DNA of 64,000 nt, from contig JAUXTO010000013.1 in the NCBI GenBank assembly GCA_030679255.1, forward strand, positions 84,383 to 148,382, read 5' to 3'. Shown here piece after piece: positions 31,072-40,433 of the stretch; positions within the stretch are counted from its first letter, which is position 1, and each line of letters opens with the position of its first letter. Source of the DNA: Candidatus Gottesmanbacteria bacterium (GTDB taxonomy: Bacteria > Patescibacteriota > Microgenomatia > UBA10105 > UBA927). The notes under the pieces are model-generated. The model saw only the letters and a program-made list of their open reading frames with translations, was not told where the DNA came from and did not search any database. The position numbers and the translations under genes are program-made.

Positions 31072-32582
31072 GGTATTGGACGGGGAAGTGCTACTGTATA
31101 CAGACGTAAACTCCGGTCCTTCCGTAATCCCTTATTGTATCGGGCGACAAGGGTCAGATTCCAATTTTTTGGTGCAACCTCAAGCTCATTGAGCACTAAA
31201 TACGTTGGGAATTTTTTCACAGATTCGATAACCTCCAGCGGTGCCTTGTCAGGAATCGGCCATATACCATGAATTTCTATATTCGGCAAATCCACAAGAT
31301 ACATCTCAAGTCCATACGGTAACAAACCAAATGTTCCGTCTGTATAAACGATTACGTTCCCCTTGGTGGACTCTTGCAAGATAAAATCTTTTACCTCACG
31401 TACTCCCCAACCAGATGGCCAATCGTTCATATATTGTCCCCGGTCAGCTTGGGCAATAGGAGCATATATTGGTTTTGTAATTAAGAGATACTCTGTCCAG
31501 ATACTCGGAAAAATGATACATACTATGAGAAGAATCCCAAAAAAAGTTTTTCCACATTTTTTTATTATTCCGTCAGTTACGGCGGCTGCAAGGATCAATA
31601 ACGGCATCGTCATAAAAAAAATAAACCGGGGATAGAGTACTCGGGCAAATAGCGCTAACGCCACAAACGGCGCAAGCCACCACGCGGTCAACAACGCTTT
31701 TTCCCGGCCATACTTGTTCACCGTGAATACAGCCCCAAGCACAATGATCCATACAGGCCACGTAAGATAATTAATAAGCCAATCAAGCAAACCACGGACA
31801 TTACCGAGAAAAAAATTCGTGGGATGCTTCAACCACTCGGTAAAAGGATACACAAAAATTGCATTTTTTTGGTCAATGACGCCAAAAAATGGAGAAAGAC
31901 GAAGGACGCTATACATGGCTTGTGAAATGAGAGCGGCGATAAAAATATATAAAAACCATAATCCTAAGCGCCGCCTCAACCCATCCTTGTTCCAATCAAA
32001 AAGAAATAGCGTAATGGGAACCATATAGAGACTCAAAAATCCCGACGTTTTATTGAGCATGCCCAATCCGAGCGTTATTCCAAATATCATTGCAATATCA
32101 AGCCGTAAATGAGTGACGAGTAATACAGATAAATAAAGATTCCAGAGCGAAAACATCGTCACAAGAGAATCGTAAAGAGCCATCCGGTCATAGACCAAAG
32201 CAAAAGGACTCAAAACATAGAATATGCTTGCTATGACACCAACTCGTACACTCTTAAAAAGTAGTCGTCCAAGAAAAAACATCGCAATAAGACTACCTAA
32301 TCCGGAAAATACTGATACTAGCCGACCGGCCAAAATAGGATCGTTGATGAAGCGCATGAAACCCATGGCTATCCATGTATACATCGGTTGCTTCCCGTCA
32401 ACGAGAGAAATAAAACGCCACGCTGCGTCTCGACTTCCGATTTGCGACCACCGGATATAGATTGCTTCATCGGTGAAAATCGGGAATGACGTTAGGTTAA
32501 TGAGACGTGTGGCAAAATAGGCAACCACGATACCTGCAATGATCAATACAAATCCGTTTGAATGTGAAGATTTTTTCATCAT
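31068..32582 (-). CDS. GT-C membrane glycosyltransferase (ArnT/PMT_2-like)
   Basis: 504 aa. The N-terminal transmembrane segment is followed by the SFPIFTDEAIYIRWSQIG acidic loop motif, then multiple transmembrane segments. Confidence 0.6.
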   Translation of the reverse strand: MMKKSSHSNGFVLIIAGIVVAYFATRLINLTSFPIFTDEAIYIRWSQIGSRDAAWRFISLVDGKQPMYTWIAMGFMRFINDPILAGRLVSVFSGLGSLIAMFFLGRLLFKSVRVGVIASIFYVLSPFALVYDRMALYDSLVTMFSLWNLYLSVLLVTHLRLDIAMIFGITLGLGMLNKTSGFLSLYMVPITLFLFDWNKDGLRRRLGLWFLYIFIAALISQAMYSVLRLSPFFGVIDQKNAIFVYPFTEWLKHPTNFFLGNVRGLLDWLINYLTWPVWIIVLGAVFTVNKYGREKALLTAWWLAPFVALALFARVLYPRFIFFMTMPLLILAAAVTDGIIKKCGKTFFGILLIVCIIFPSIWTEYLLITKPIYAPIAQADRGQYMNDWPSGWGVREVKDFILQESTKGNVIVYTDGTFGLLPYGLEMYLVDLPNIEIHGIWPIPDKAPLEVIESVKKFPTYLVLNELEVAPKNWNLTLVARYNKGLRKDRSLRLYTVALPRPIP

Positions 32583-32618
32583 ACTTCGTTGCTTCCTTTA
32601 ATTATACCAGGGAATACA

Positions 32619-33809
32619 TTATAGATGCGTTTTCCATCGTCGAAGAGGCACCTTGGATTGAAATACGAGCATCATGCAGATCACAAAAACAGGCATGATT
32701 GTGACCCATAATTTAATCGCCGGAACAGGATCGCCCCAATGTCCGTAATAAAGAAACGGAGTATATCGGAGTAGCAACCCTAACGAAAAGGCACCGGCGA
32801 TCAGAGTCATATTACGCTTCCCGGGTAGAAGCGCAATAAAAGGCATAATCCATACAAAATACCATGGAAGCACCTCCCGCCCCATTACGACCATCACAAA
32901 TCCAACGATCATGCCAGCCAAGGCAATGCCTCTCGACCACTTAAAGAAAAAACTGGGAATCAAAAATATCGTCATAAACTTAATCCCGATTGAGATGGCA
33001 AGCAGCCACCAAGCAACGAATAACTGCTTTTTTTGTATATAAAAAACCATGGACCATATGGCGACAGCCATCATGACAATATCGTTGTGTCCGCTTACCA
33101 GGCTTTCGACAATTATTAACGGATTAAATGCAAACACTGCCATGCCAAGTAACGCATGATCAGGATCCACTTTTTTTAGAATACTATAGATTCCTCGTAT
33201 GGTAAGAAGATAAAAAATTGCTGCAATAATTTTAAAATTCCATAAAATGAGAAGAAATGTCCCAAAACCGAAAAAGTAGGCAGGCAACGAAACAAGGATC
33301 CATGCGGGAGTATATGCGCTCGGCAAGTGAATCCAACGCATAACATTTATCCACGGATCAATGGATATAAATTGCATCGGAAGCACTTCATAAGGATTTT
33401 TTCCATAAAAAAGTACTGTTTTGGCAGTAAACATATAATTGAAAATATCATAGGAAAACGCCGGGTATGATAAAACCAATACGAAGCTTATACAAAATAC
33501 AATTCTCCACAAACTCCGTATCGTGAGGACACCAGAGCGAATTTGTTGCAATGTCACGATATAAAGTCCATAAAAAATTCCGAGCAAACCAAGATATATC
33601 AGCGCTGAATACGTCCTCTCATAGTAACCGACATACTGAAACGCCTTCTGGATATATTGCCAAATATTTGCTGTAGAAAGAGTCAGGTTAAGATCTACTT
33701 GAGTGTAAGAATACAAAAATAATGCAAATGAAGCTAGCACGTACCCCACAAGCAGTATGTTTTTTCGAAATATTTTCACATTTTTATAAATATAGTCCTC
33801 GAAAAGCAT
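32619..33809 (-). CDS. polytopic membrane protein, possible GT87/DUF2029-like mannosyltransferase
   Basis: 396 aa, about 11 transmembrane segments, SGHNDIVMMAVAIW motif. The assignment is tentative. Confidence 0.35.
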   Translation of the reverse strand: MLFEDYIYKNVKIFRKNILLVGYVLASFALFLYSYTQVDLNLTLSTANIWQYIQKAFQYVGYYERTYSALIYLGLLGIFYGLYIVTLQQIRSGVLTIRSLWRIVFCISFVLVLSYPAFSYDIFNYMFTAKTVLFYGKNPYEVLPMQFISIDPWINVMRWIHLPSAYTPAWILVSLPAYFFGFGTFLLILWNFKIIAAIFYLLTIRGIYSILKKVDPDHALLGMAVFAFNPLIIVESLVSGHNDIVMMAVAIWSMVFYIQKKQLFVAWWLLAISIGIKFMTIFLIPSFFFKWSRGIALAGMIVGFVMVVMGREVLPWYFVWIMPFIALLPGKRNMTLIAGAFSLGLLLRYTPFLYYGHWGDPVPAIKLWVTIMPVFVICMMLVFQSKVPLRRWKTHL

Positions 33810-34536
33810 TCACCCGAATGCGGATAATATCAAGGAGTCCTTGCCAAGAATCCTTGATGGGACTTACCCGTCTTGTTTCTACATAATGCCATTCGACAGG
33901 AACTTCTTTTATGTTGCATCCAAGCTGCTTGGCGAGGAATAAGACTTCAATATCAAACCCCGCGGTAACCATGGATCCCTGCACGATATGACTCCTTCCA
34001 TATAATTGAAGCCGTTCAAAAATTTTTCGCGCAGTAGACTGCCGGAACGCTTTAAATCCACATTGTGTATCTGAGATACCATGGAGACCGAGAATCATCG
34101 ACCGGATCCACATAAATCCGATTGCCATAGCTTTGCGGGTCAGAGGCGCTCCCACACGCTTGCCGCTCCTCGATCCAATCACCACATCAAAATCTTGATC
34201 AAACCAGGGCAATATGTTTTCCAACTCACGGATGGGTGTGGCTTGATCCAGATCTGTGAATAACACAATGTCTCCGCGGGCCGCTAAACTGCCCGCTATG
34301 ACGGTAGCCGCTTTACCTTGATGAGGATTATGTATGATCCGGAAGGCGTGTGTTATGCGCGCATATTCATCAAAGAGTTTCGCTGTGTCATCGGTAGACC
34401 CATCATCCACAAGAATGACCTCCCAACGAAATTTCCGGCTCTCCATATACCGCGATACTTTATCAAGCGCGCCAAGCCGGATATTTGTTTCTTCGTTATA
34501 CGCAGGAATAACCACGGAGAGATATGGTTTGGACAT
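33784..34536 (-). CDS. GT2 polyprenyl-phosphate sugar synthase (Dpm1/GtrB-like)
   Basis: LSVVIPAYNEE...VILVDDGSTDDT...FTDLDQATP...DTQCGFKAF are Dpm1-type motifs. Confidence 0.7.
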   Translation of the reverse strand: MSKPYLSVVIPAYNEETNIRLGALDKVSRYMESRKFRWEVILVDDGSTDDTAKLFDEYARITHAFRIIHNPHQGKAATVIAGSLAARGDIVLFTDLDQATPIRELENILPWFDQDFDVVIGSRSGKRVGAPLTRKAMAIGFMWIRSMILGLHGISDTQCGFKAFRQSTARKIFERLQLYGRSHIVQGSMVTAGFDIEVLFLAKQLGCNIKEVPVEWHYVETRRVSPIKDSWQGLLDIIRIRVNAFRGLYL

Positions 34537-34538
34537 AC

Positions 34539-36170
34539 CTATAAGTGTATCAGTTTATGAATGGTGACAAATGATGTCTTCCAGGTGCCGGATATTGTGG
34601 CACTCCCGAATCCGGCAATTTCCCATAACGGGTGACCGAGCGGTTTGCAATCTGGCTCCTCACAAATCACAATCAACTGGTCGGTCACAGTTTTTCGCTC
34701 CGGATCTGCAAACTCCGGCTTGATCGTAACCGGAGGATTTCCCCAAATATCAAAAAAATATCGGTATACATGATCAGAATTACCTTGAGTGATCAGGGCA
34801 AAATTAAATGGCTTCTGACCGGTTTTATCAATTGCAACTTGTGCAATGCCGCGGGCTTGAGCCAGTTGATTATTCGGGGCAAATTGGAACGGCTGACCCT
34901 GCCAATTCCACCATAATAATAAAGCCGTCACGCCCACAGAAATTGCCATTCCGATGACATGAATTTGTTTGAGACGATAGAGAATAATACCGGTTACCAA
35001 AAACGGCAGGGTAAACCAAATGCCGAAGTAATAATCGTAAATTGCCCGTTTATAAAATCCAAATAAGACGGCTACGACAAAGCCCCAAAGCAGGAGAAGC
35101 AACGATGACCGTCGCCATCGGGCCGTATTGTTGATGGGATTGCAACCTATAACTAACAGGCCAATTCCAACCGTGAGAATGCCCACTATTCCCCAATGCC
35201 ACAACCCCTGCTGCCAAGACGGAATATCCGACCATATTTCCGGCTGCGGAAACCGGAGCACGAGTCTTCCGACTAACCGATAAAGAATGTCCTGGATAAT
35301 AATCCGGTATTTTTCTGGAGCGAGCCCTGTGTCGTTTCCCGCAAGAACAAATTGTATAATGGATTGTGTATTCGGAAATCCATGACGCAGTTCAAACAGG
35401 AGAAACGGCCCGAAACCCACCAGAAAACCCATCATACCAAGAATTCCCGTTTTGATCCGTTCCCGTACTTTGGTATACACGAGAACCCAAATGGCCGCAA
35501 CCGGAAAAAGAAATAAAAACAAGTAGTGAAGCTGCAAGCCTATTCCCATACATATCCCGGCACCAACTATATTCCTCAATCTTCCGTTTTCGGCAAATCT
35601 CCACAGAAGAAAAATCATCAGTAATGAAAAAAACGGCACGATATTGGGATTCCATGATGAACGGGAGTATGCGATGACCACCGGCGAAAGCGCATAGAGC
35701 GCGCTTGCCACGATTCCCACCCATGAACCAAACATATCCCGACCGCTCCGGTAGAGAAGATAGACGGTTGCGACACCAAATAACGCAACCATCACAGCAG
35801 GTCCCGTGGGGTCGAGTCTCCATGCCCAAAGAAAGGGCAGCATAAAATAATAATAGATTGGCCCCAAGAAAAATCCTCCCACGGATGCGGTAGGCCCGAG
35901 AAGCGTCCATTTATGATCAACGATCATCTGTTTGACGACCAGTGCGTCACGTCCTTCATCGCCCAAAAACGTCATATAGCCGGATATATTGTAAAGGCGG
36001 AGGTATGCTGCAACGAAAAGAATGACTACTATCAACAACTCAGACCAAGGAACTTTCCAACGTTTTGACTTTTGACCTTTGACTTTCCCGCCTGCAACGC
36101 TTTGCTTAGCATTGCGGGCAGGTGACTTTATTTTTTCCATATGACTTTTGAATACATTGTGTAATTCCAA
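34539..36170 (-). CDS. GT-C membrane glycosyltransferase (ArnT/PMT_2-like) with the repeat element in its 5' region
   Basis: LGDEGRDALVVKQM acidic loop motif followed by multiple transmembrane segments. The N-terminal residues KSPARNAKQSVAGGKVKGQKSKR are encoded by the 67-nt repeat at 36063-36129. An alternative TTG start downstream of the repeat (LLIVVILF) is possible. Confidence 0.6.
   Translation of the reverse strand: MELHNVFKSHMEKIKSPARNAKQSVAGGKVKGQKSKRWKVPWSELLIVVILFVAAYLRLYNISGYMTFLGDEGRDALVVKQMIVDHKWTLLGPTASVGGFFLGPIYYYFMLPFLWAWRLDPTGPAVMVALFGVATVYLLYRSGRDMFGSWVGIVASALYALSPVVIAYSRSSWNPNIVPFFSLLMIFLLWRFAENGRLRNIVGAGICMGIGLQLHYLFLFLFPVAAIWVLVYTKVRERIKTGILGMMGFLVGFGPFLLFELRHGFPNTQSIIQFVLAGNDTGLAPEKYRIIIQDILYRLVGRLVLRFPQPEIWSDIPSWQQGLWHWGIVGILTVGIGLLVIGCNPINNTARWRRSSLLLLLWGFVVAVLFGFYKRAIYDYYFGIWFTLPFLVTGIILYRLKQIHVIGMAISVGVTALLLWWNWQGQPFQFAPNNQLAQARGIAQVAIDKTGQKPFNFALITQGNSDHVYRYFFDIWGNPPVTIKPEFADPERKTVTDQLIVICEEPDCKPLGHPLWEIAGFGSATISGTWKTSFVTIHKLIHL
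36063..36129. repeat. 67-nt heptamer/palindromic repeat element, copy B
   Basis: TTTTGACTTTTGACCTTTGACTTTCCCGCCTGCAACGCTTTGCTTAGCATTGCGGGCAGGTGACTTT: TTTTGAC heptamers, an imperfect stem-loop (CCCGCCTGC...GCGGGCAGG) and a GTGACTTT terminus. It begins inside the stop codon of the upstream GT2-GtrA gene and encodes the N-terminal segment of the next GT-C gene. Confidence 0.7.
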
Positions 36171-37237
36171 AGGAGTCCGATTCCTACGCCTATAAGGTAA
36201 AACCAGCGATAAAAGGAAACCCCAAATACCATGGATCCTGTCGCAACGGCACCTGACTGAATAAGCACGGCACCGAAAGACGTTGCATTAAATTGCAGAA
36301 ATTTTCTTATCGCATCAAATCCACGGACTTTTCTCGATCCAAATGTCCAGGAATTATTCAAAATGAAATTAGAAATGATGGCAAATTCTGCCCCGAAGCT
36401 ACTTCCTATGACAGGATGAAATCCGAAGTGAACGAAAACCTCCAACATGGCCGTATTAATGATAAAACCTATACTCCCCACCACCAGAAATTTACCAAAC
36501 GATCCGGTGACTATTTGCGTGAAGCGCTGACGCGTGATATACCCGAGTACATCACGAATATATTGAGATGGTGCTATTTTAGAATGTCCAAACTTTCTAT
36601 CCGTAAACCGTATCGGGACTTCAGTAATTTTTGCACCACGAAGTATCGATTTATGGAGATATGCGATTTGAAATACATATCCCTGGTATTGAGATAAATC
36701 CGAACGGCTATATCGCGCTATTTTTTCTGTATACGCCCGATACCCACCCGTCCAATCATGGACGTTCGTGTATCCCAGACCAAATCGTACAATTCCGTTG
36801 CCGACAATGCTAAACAGTTTCCTGTGCCATCCCCAGTTGTCCGGTATTGATCCGCCCTCTATATACCGGCTGCCGACGGCAAAATCTGCGCCGCTATTGA
36901 TAGCTTTTATAAAATGGGGTAGCGATACGGGGTCGTGAGAGAGATCTGCATCCATCTGTACGATAATCTTTGCATGTAAAACATCAAGTGCGTACGCAAT
37001 CGCATACAACAGTGCACTCCCCAATCCTTCTTTTTCTTTTGTCAAAAGTATGACATTTGGATGTTTGCTTCTATATTGCTTCACCACTTCTGACGTGCCA
37101 TCCGGAGATTTATCATCGACAACGAGAATGGTCAGACTATGCCCGCGGATATTGACCCATACGTCAAAAATGCTATCCAAAAGGGTTTTAATATTTTCCC
37201 GCTCATTGTACGTCGGAAGTATGACGACGGTGTTCAT
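36128..37237 (-). CDS. GT2 polyprenyl-phosphate sugar synthase fused to a C-terminal GtrA-like 4-TM domain
   Basis: VVILPTYNEREN...VVDDKSPDGT...DADLSHDP...GSRY...TGGYRAY are Ppm1/ArnC-type motifs, followed by four transmembrane segments resembling GtrA. The start is MNTVVIL. Confidence 0.7.
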   Translation of the reverse strand: MNTVVILPTYNERENIKTLLDSIFDVWVNIRGHSLTILVVDDKSPDGTSEVVKQYRSKHPNVILLTKEKEGLGSALLYAIAYALDVLHAKIIVQMDADLSHDPVSLPHFIKAINSGADFAVGSRYIEGGSIPDNWGWHRKLFSIVGNGIVRFGLGYTNVHDWTGGYRAYTEKIARYSRSDLSQYQGYVFQIAYLHKSILRGAKITEVPIRFTDRKFGHSKIAPSQYIRDVLGYITRQRFTQIVTGSFGKFLVVGSIGFIINTAMLEVFVHFGFHPVIGSSFGAEFAIISNFILNNSWTFGSRKVRGFDAIRKFLQFNATSFGAVLIQSGAVATGSMVFGVSFYRWFYLIGVGIGLLWNYTMYSKVIWKK

Positions 37238-37244
37238 GGAGCTA

Positions 37245-38201
37245 TTATACCCGTTCACGCCAGTAGTTGAGAAGGTCCTCCATCGTTTTTTCAAAAGGAA
37301 TCTCCGGCTTCCAACCCGTTTTCTTTACAAACTTCGTGTTATCACCGATCAAAACCGGTACATCGGACGGCCGCATACGGGAAGCATCTTCTTTTACGTC
37401 TACGTTCACCTTGGAGAAGGAAAGAAGCATCTTGAGCAAATCTCCGATCCTTATGGCCGTCCCTACTGCGATGTTATAGACGTCCCCAGGATCACATTTT
37501 TCCACGGCAAGAACATACGCCCGGACCATATCCCGTACATCAGTATAATCGCGCTTGGCGTCAAGATTCCCGACACGTATGACCGGTTCCTGTTTACCCT
37601 TTTCGATAAGCGCTATTTGCTTGGCAAAATTAGATTCGGCAAATGTTTCCCCACGTCGCGGGCCCGTATGGTTAAACCCACGTGTCCGTATAATCCGTAC
37701 TTTGTAGGACTGGAAATACTGGTATCCCAAATAGTCCATCGCAACTTTAGATACGGCATACGGAGACAGCGGACGCAACGGATTGGATTCTTTTATAGGA
37801 AGCTCATTTTCGTGTACCAACCCGTATTCCTCCGATGAACACGCAATTTGTATAACTGAATCTATTCCAGCCTGTCGAACCGCTTCAAATAGATTTGCGC
37901 TTCCCACAATATTGACTTCCAAAGTCACAGACGGAGAAACCCATGAAGTTGGCACAAAAGATTGTGCCGCTAAATGAAAAATATAATCCGGTTTTATACG
38001 GGAAAGAGTTGTATAAAGACTATGTGTATCCAAAAGATCGGCGTCTTCCAGATGAAGTTTGTTGATAATAGATTCTATATGATCGCGCTTTGTTCTTGGA
38101 CGGCACATGCCATAGACTTCATACCCCTGTGACAATAATAACTCTGCAAGATGACTTCCTACAAAACCAGCGATTCCGGTAATTAATGCTTTTTTTGCCA
38201 T
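37245..38201 (-). CDS. NAD-dependent GDP-sugar dehydratase/reductase (GDP-mannose 4,6-dehydratase / Rmd-like)
   Basis: ALITGIAGFVGSHL Rossmann motif, YAVSKV (YxxxK), and FNHTGPRRGETF resembling the GMD motif FNHESPRRGETF. Confidence 0.6.
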   Translation of the reverse strand: MAKKALITGIAGFVGSHLAELLLSQGYEVYGMCRPRTKRDHIESIINKLHLEDADLLDTHSLYTTLSRIKPDYIFHLAAQSFVPTSWVSPSVTLEVNIVGSANLFEAVRQAGIDSVIQIACSSEEYGLVHENELPIKESNPLRPLSPYAVSKVAMDYLGYQYFQSYKVRIIRTRGFNHTGPRRGETFAESNFAKQIALIEKGKQEPVIRVGNLDAKRDYTDVRDMVRAYVLAVEKCDPGDVYNIAVGTAIRIGDLLKMLLSFSKVNVDVKEDASRMRPSDVPVLIGDNTKFVKKTGWKPEIPFEKTMEDLLNYWRERV

Positions 38202-38231
38202 ATATCCTCCCCTTGCCCGCCTAAGACCGCT

Positions 38232-38270
38232 CTTTGCATCGTGTACGAATAGTACTGAAAAGATGCAAAG
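38232..38270. other. stem-loop (9-bp perfect inverted repeat, 21-nt loop) in ugd / gmd-like intergenic spacer
   Basis: CTTTGCATC-(21 nt)-GATGCAAAG. No U-tract follows on the coding (minus) strand. A GGAGG Shine-Dalgarno for the downstream gene follows. Confidence 0.35.
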
Positions 38271-38284
38271 CTAGGTCAGGAGGG

Positions 38285-39583
38285 TTACATTCTCCCTACA
38301 CCATAATACATGAAGCCAAGTTGTTTTACACTATTCGGATCGTACACATTTCGTCCGTCAAACATAACGCGTTCTTTGAGTTCCTTTGCGAGTCTCACCA
38401 AATCCAATTGCCGGAACTCATTCCATTCGGTCACCACAATCACGGCATCTGCGCCCCGGGCTGCATCATAGGCGTCTTTTGCATAAAAAACGCCTGTCGG
38501 TAGTAATGGTTTGGCATTTTCTATAGCCACCGGATCAAAAACGCGGATACGAGCACCCATTTGCGTGAGTTTTCCGATAATTTCGACCGATGGCGCTGAT
38601 CGCATGTCATCCGTATCCGGTTTGAATGAAAGACCCAAAACCGCAAACAACTTCCCCTTTACATCACCATGAAAATGGCGGGATATTTTATCAATAAACC
38701 GGCTCGCGGCTTCCTTATTCACTTCTTCGACCGCGGTAAGAATTGAAAAATTGTACCCGTATTCTTTTGCGATTGCAATAAGCGCGCTTACATCTTTTGG
38801 AAAACAGCTTCCGCCATATCCCACACCCGGATAGAGAAAGCTTCTTCCGAGACGTTTATCAAGCCCCACTCCCTCAAGAACTTTTTGGGCATCCGCACCA
38901 ACCTTTTCAGAAAGAAACGCAATCGCATTGGCAAAAGATATTTTTGCAGAAAGGAGGGAATTGGATGCATATTTGATAAGCTCAGCGGTCTCCAGATTAC
39001 AAAGAACTTTTTTTCCATCAATGGATTTATGAAGATCGAGAAGTAATTCTTCGGCGCGTTTTGATGTCGTTCCAATGACGACGCGATCAGGATGAAGGGT
39101 ATCACGGATCGCCGTCCCCTCCCGTAAAAATTCAGGAACTGATGCGATGGAGAATGATGATTCTCCTGATTTTGTACGTTCAAGAATTTCAGAAACTTTT
39201 TTATTTGTCCCGGGTGGCACGGTGCTCTTCGTGACGACCACCTTATACCCAACGAGCGCTTTTCCGACACTTTCAGCAGCCGCAAACACACTGGTGAGAT
39301 CCGCCTCACCGGATTTTTTCGATGGCGTACCGACACAAATGAAAATAATTTCTGACGGGGCAACCGCTTGGCCGTAATCCAGGGTAAACAGCAAGCGGCC
39401 GGCAACAACATTTCTTTTCACTAATTCCTCAAGTCCCGGTTCATAAAATGGTGCTTTCCCTTTTTTAAGGTTTTCAATTTTTTCTCTCGTCCGTCCCACG
39501 ACCCATACGGTATTCCCCAAATCCGCAAATACTGCGGCAGTTACTAACCCTACATACCCATGACCGATAAATGAAATTGTCAT
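38285..39583 (-). CDS. UDP-glucose/GDP-mannose dehydrogenase family (likely UDP-glucose 6-dehydrogenase)
   Basis: ISFIGHGYVGLVTAAVFADLG N-terminal NAD fold, GGSCFPKD catalytic Cys motif, 432 aa. Confidence 0.8.
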   Translation of the reverse strand: MTISFIGHGYVGLVTAAVFADLGNTVWVVGRTREKIENLKKGKAPFYEPGLEELVKRNVVAGRLLFTLDYGQAVAPSEIIFICVGTPSKKSGEADLTSVFAAAESVGKALVGYKVVVTKSTVPPGTNKKVSEILERTKSGESSFSIASVPEFLREGTAIRDTLHPDRVVIGTTSKRAEELLLDLHKSIDGKKVLCNLETAELIKYASNSLLSAKISFANAIAFLSEKVGADAQKVLEGVGLDKRLGRSFLYPGVGYGGSCFPKDVSALIAIAKEYGYNFSILTAVEEVNKEAASRFIDKISRHFHGDVKGKLFAVLGLSFKPDTDDMRSAPSVEIIGKLTQMGARIRVFDPVAIENAKPLLPTGVFYAKDAYDAARGADAVIVVTEWNEFRQLDLVRLAKELKERVMFDGRNVYDPNSVKQLGFMYYGVGRM

Positions 39584-40433
39584 ACAAGGAACCGTACCCC
39601 TTCATGAAAGGGGATCATTGATAGACCCAAAGATTCTATTTTTAAAGTTTGTAAAACCGCGCGGAGAGGTCGCGGAGCACGATTCTTATAATACAATGCC
39701 CATGACGTCGGCGCAATTGTTGATTTATCCAAATGCAGGGTGTCTGCAATGAGGATTGCGGCTTCAAAGGGAGAAAGTGCCTGACTCCCCACCGCGTGAT
39801 AGATGCCGGATGCGACGCTTTTTACTAACGCATGGATTACCCCGACAATATCGTCAATATACGTAGGCGTGATGCGCTGATCAGTCACCGCAACCACCGT
39901 CTCACCTGCTGCAAGTTGATCTTTGATACGCTGAACAAAATCCGGTCGGACGCTCGGTGCTGATCCATAGGGAAATGCAATACGCAAGATAAGACCGCTC
40001 TCCCCAAGTCGAGCGACCAATTTTTCTCCTTCATATTTCGTGGTGGCATACCAACTCATAGGACTGGGGGTGCTCTCTTCGGTGTATGGACCAGTATTGC
40101 CGTCAAATACGAAATCCGTCGAAAGATACAACACACGCTTCTTAAATTTCTGGGCGGCTTCAACAATATTCCGGGTTCCCCCGACGTTTACCCGCCAGGT
40201 ATTACTAGCCTCCCCAAGATCACGCTCTTTTTCACTTGCGTCCAAATCCGTACGAGCGGCAAAATGAAATATCCAGGAGGCATCCGACGAGGCAATTTTT
40301 TCCATCACGACATCTTTTTGTGTAATATCAATACCGGTTTCGAGGCTTAAATTTTCAAACTGGAATTCAGGCGTCAGAAGTTTTGTCACCCGAGAACCCA
40401 CAAGTCCTGAGAGTCCGGTGCCAATGATATTCA
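39580..40433 (-). CDS. rfbD: dTDP-4-dehydrorhamnose reductase
   Basis: RmlD-like SDR with YATTKYEGEK (YxxxK). The probable GTG start overlaps the rfbB TGA stop (GTGA), which implies translational coupling. Confidence 0.7.

Noticed and set aside
35392-35910. 172-aa ORF nested in the GT-C gene at 34539-36170
   Set aside because: It is an alternative frame of a supported membrane transferase gene, with no motif.
36091-36129. Repeat stem-loop as an intrinsic terminator
   Set aside because: A T-rich tract follows the stem only on the plus strand, while the genes here are on the minus strand. On the coding strand the stem is followed by an A-rich tract.
38202-38284. tRNA or small RNA in the largest intergenic gaps (also checked 43795-43839 and 62016-62075)
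   Set aside because: No tRNA-like T-arm or anticodon-arm pattern is present. The gaps are shorter than or equal to a tRNA and are filled by a Shine-Dalgarno sequence plus the hairpin.
38788-39411. 207-aa minus-strand ORF inside the ugd gene in another frame
   Set aside because: It is fully nested within a well-supported UDP-glucose dehydrogenase gene and has a low-complexity, Arg-rich composition.
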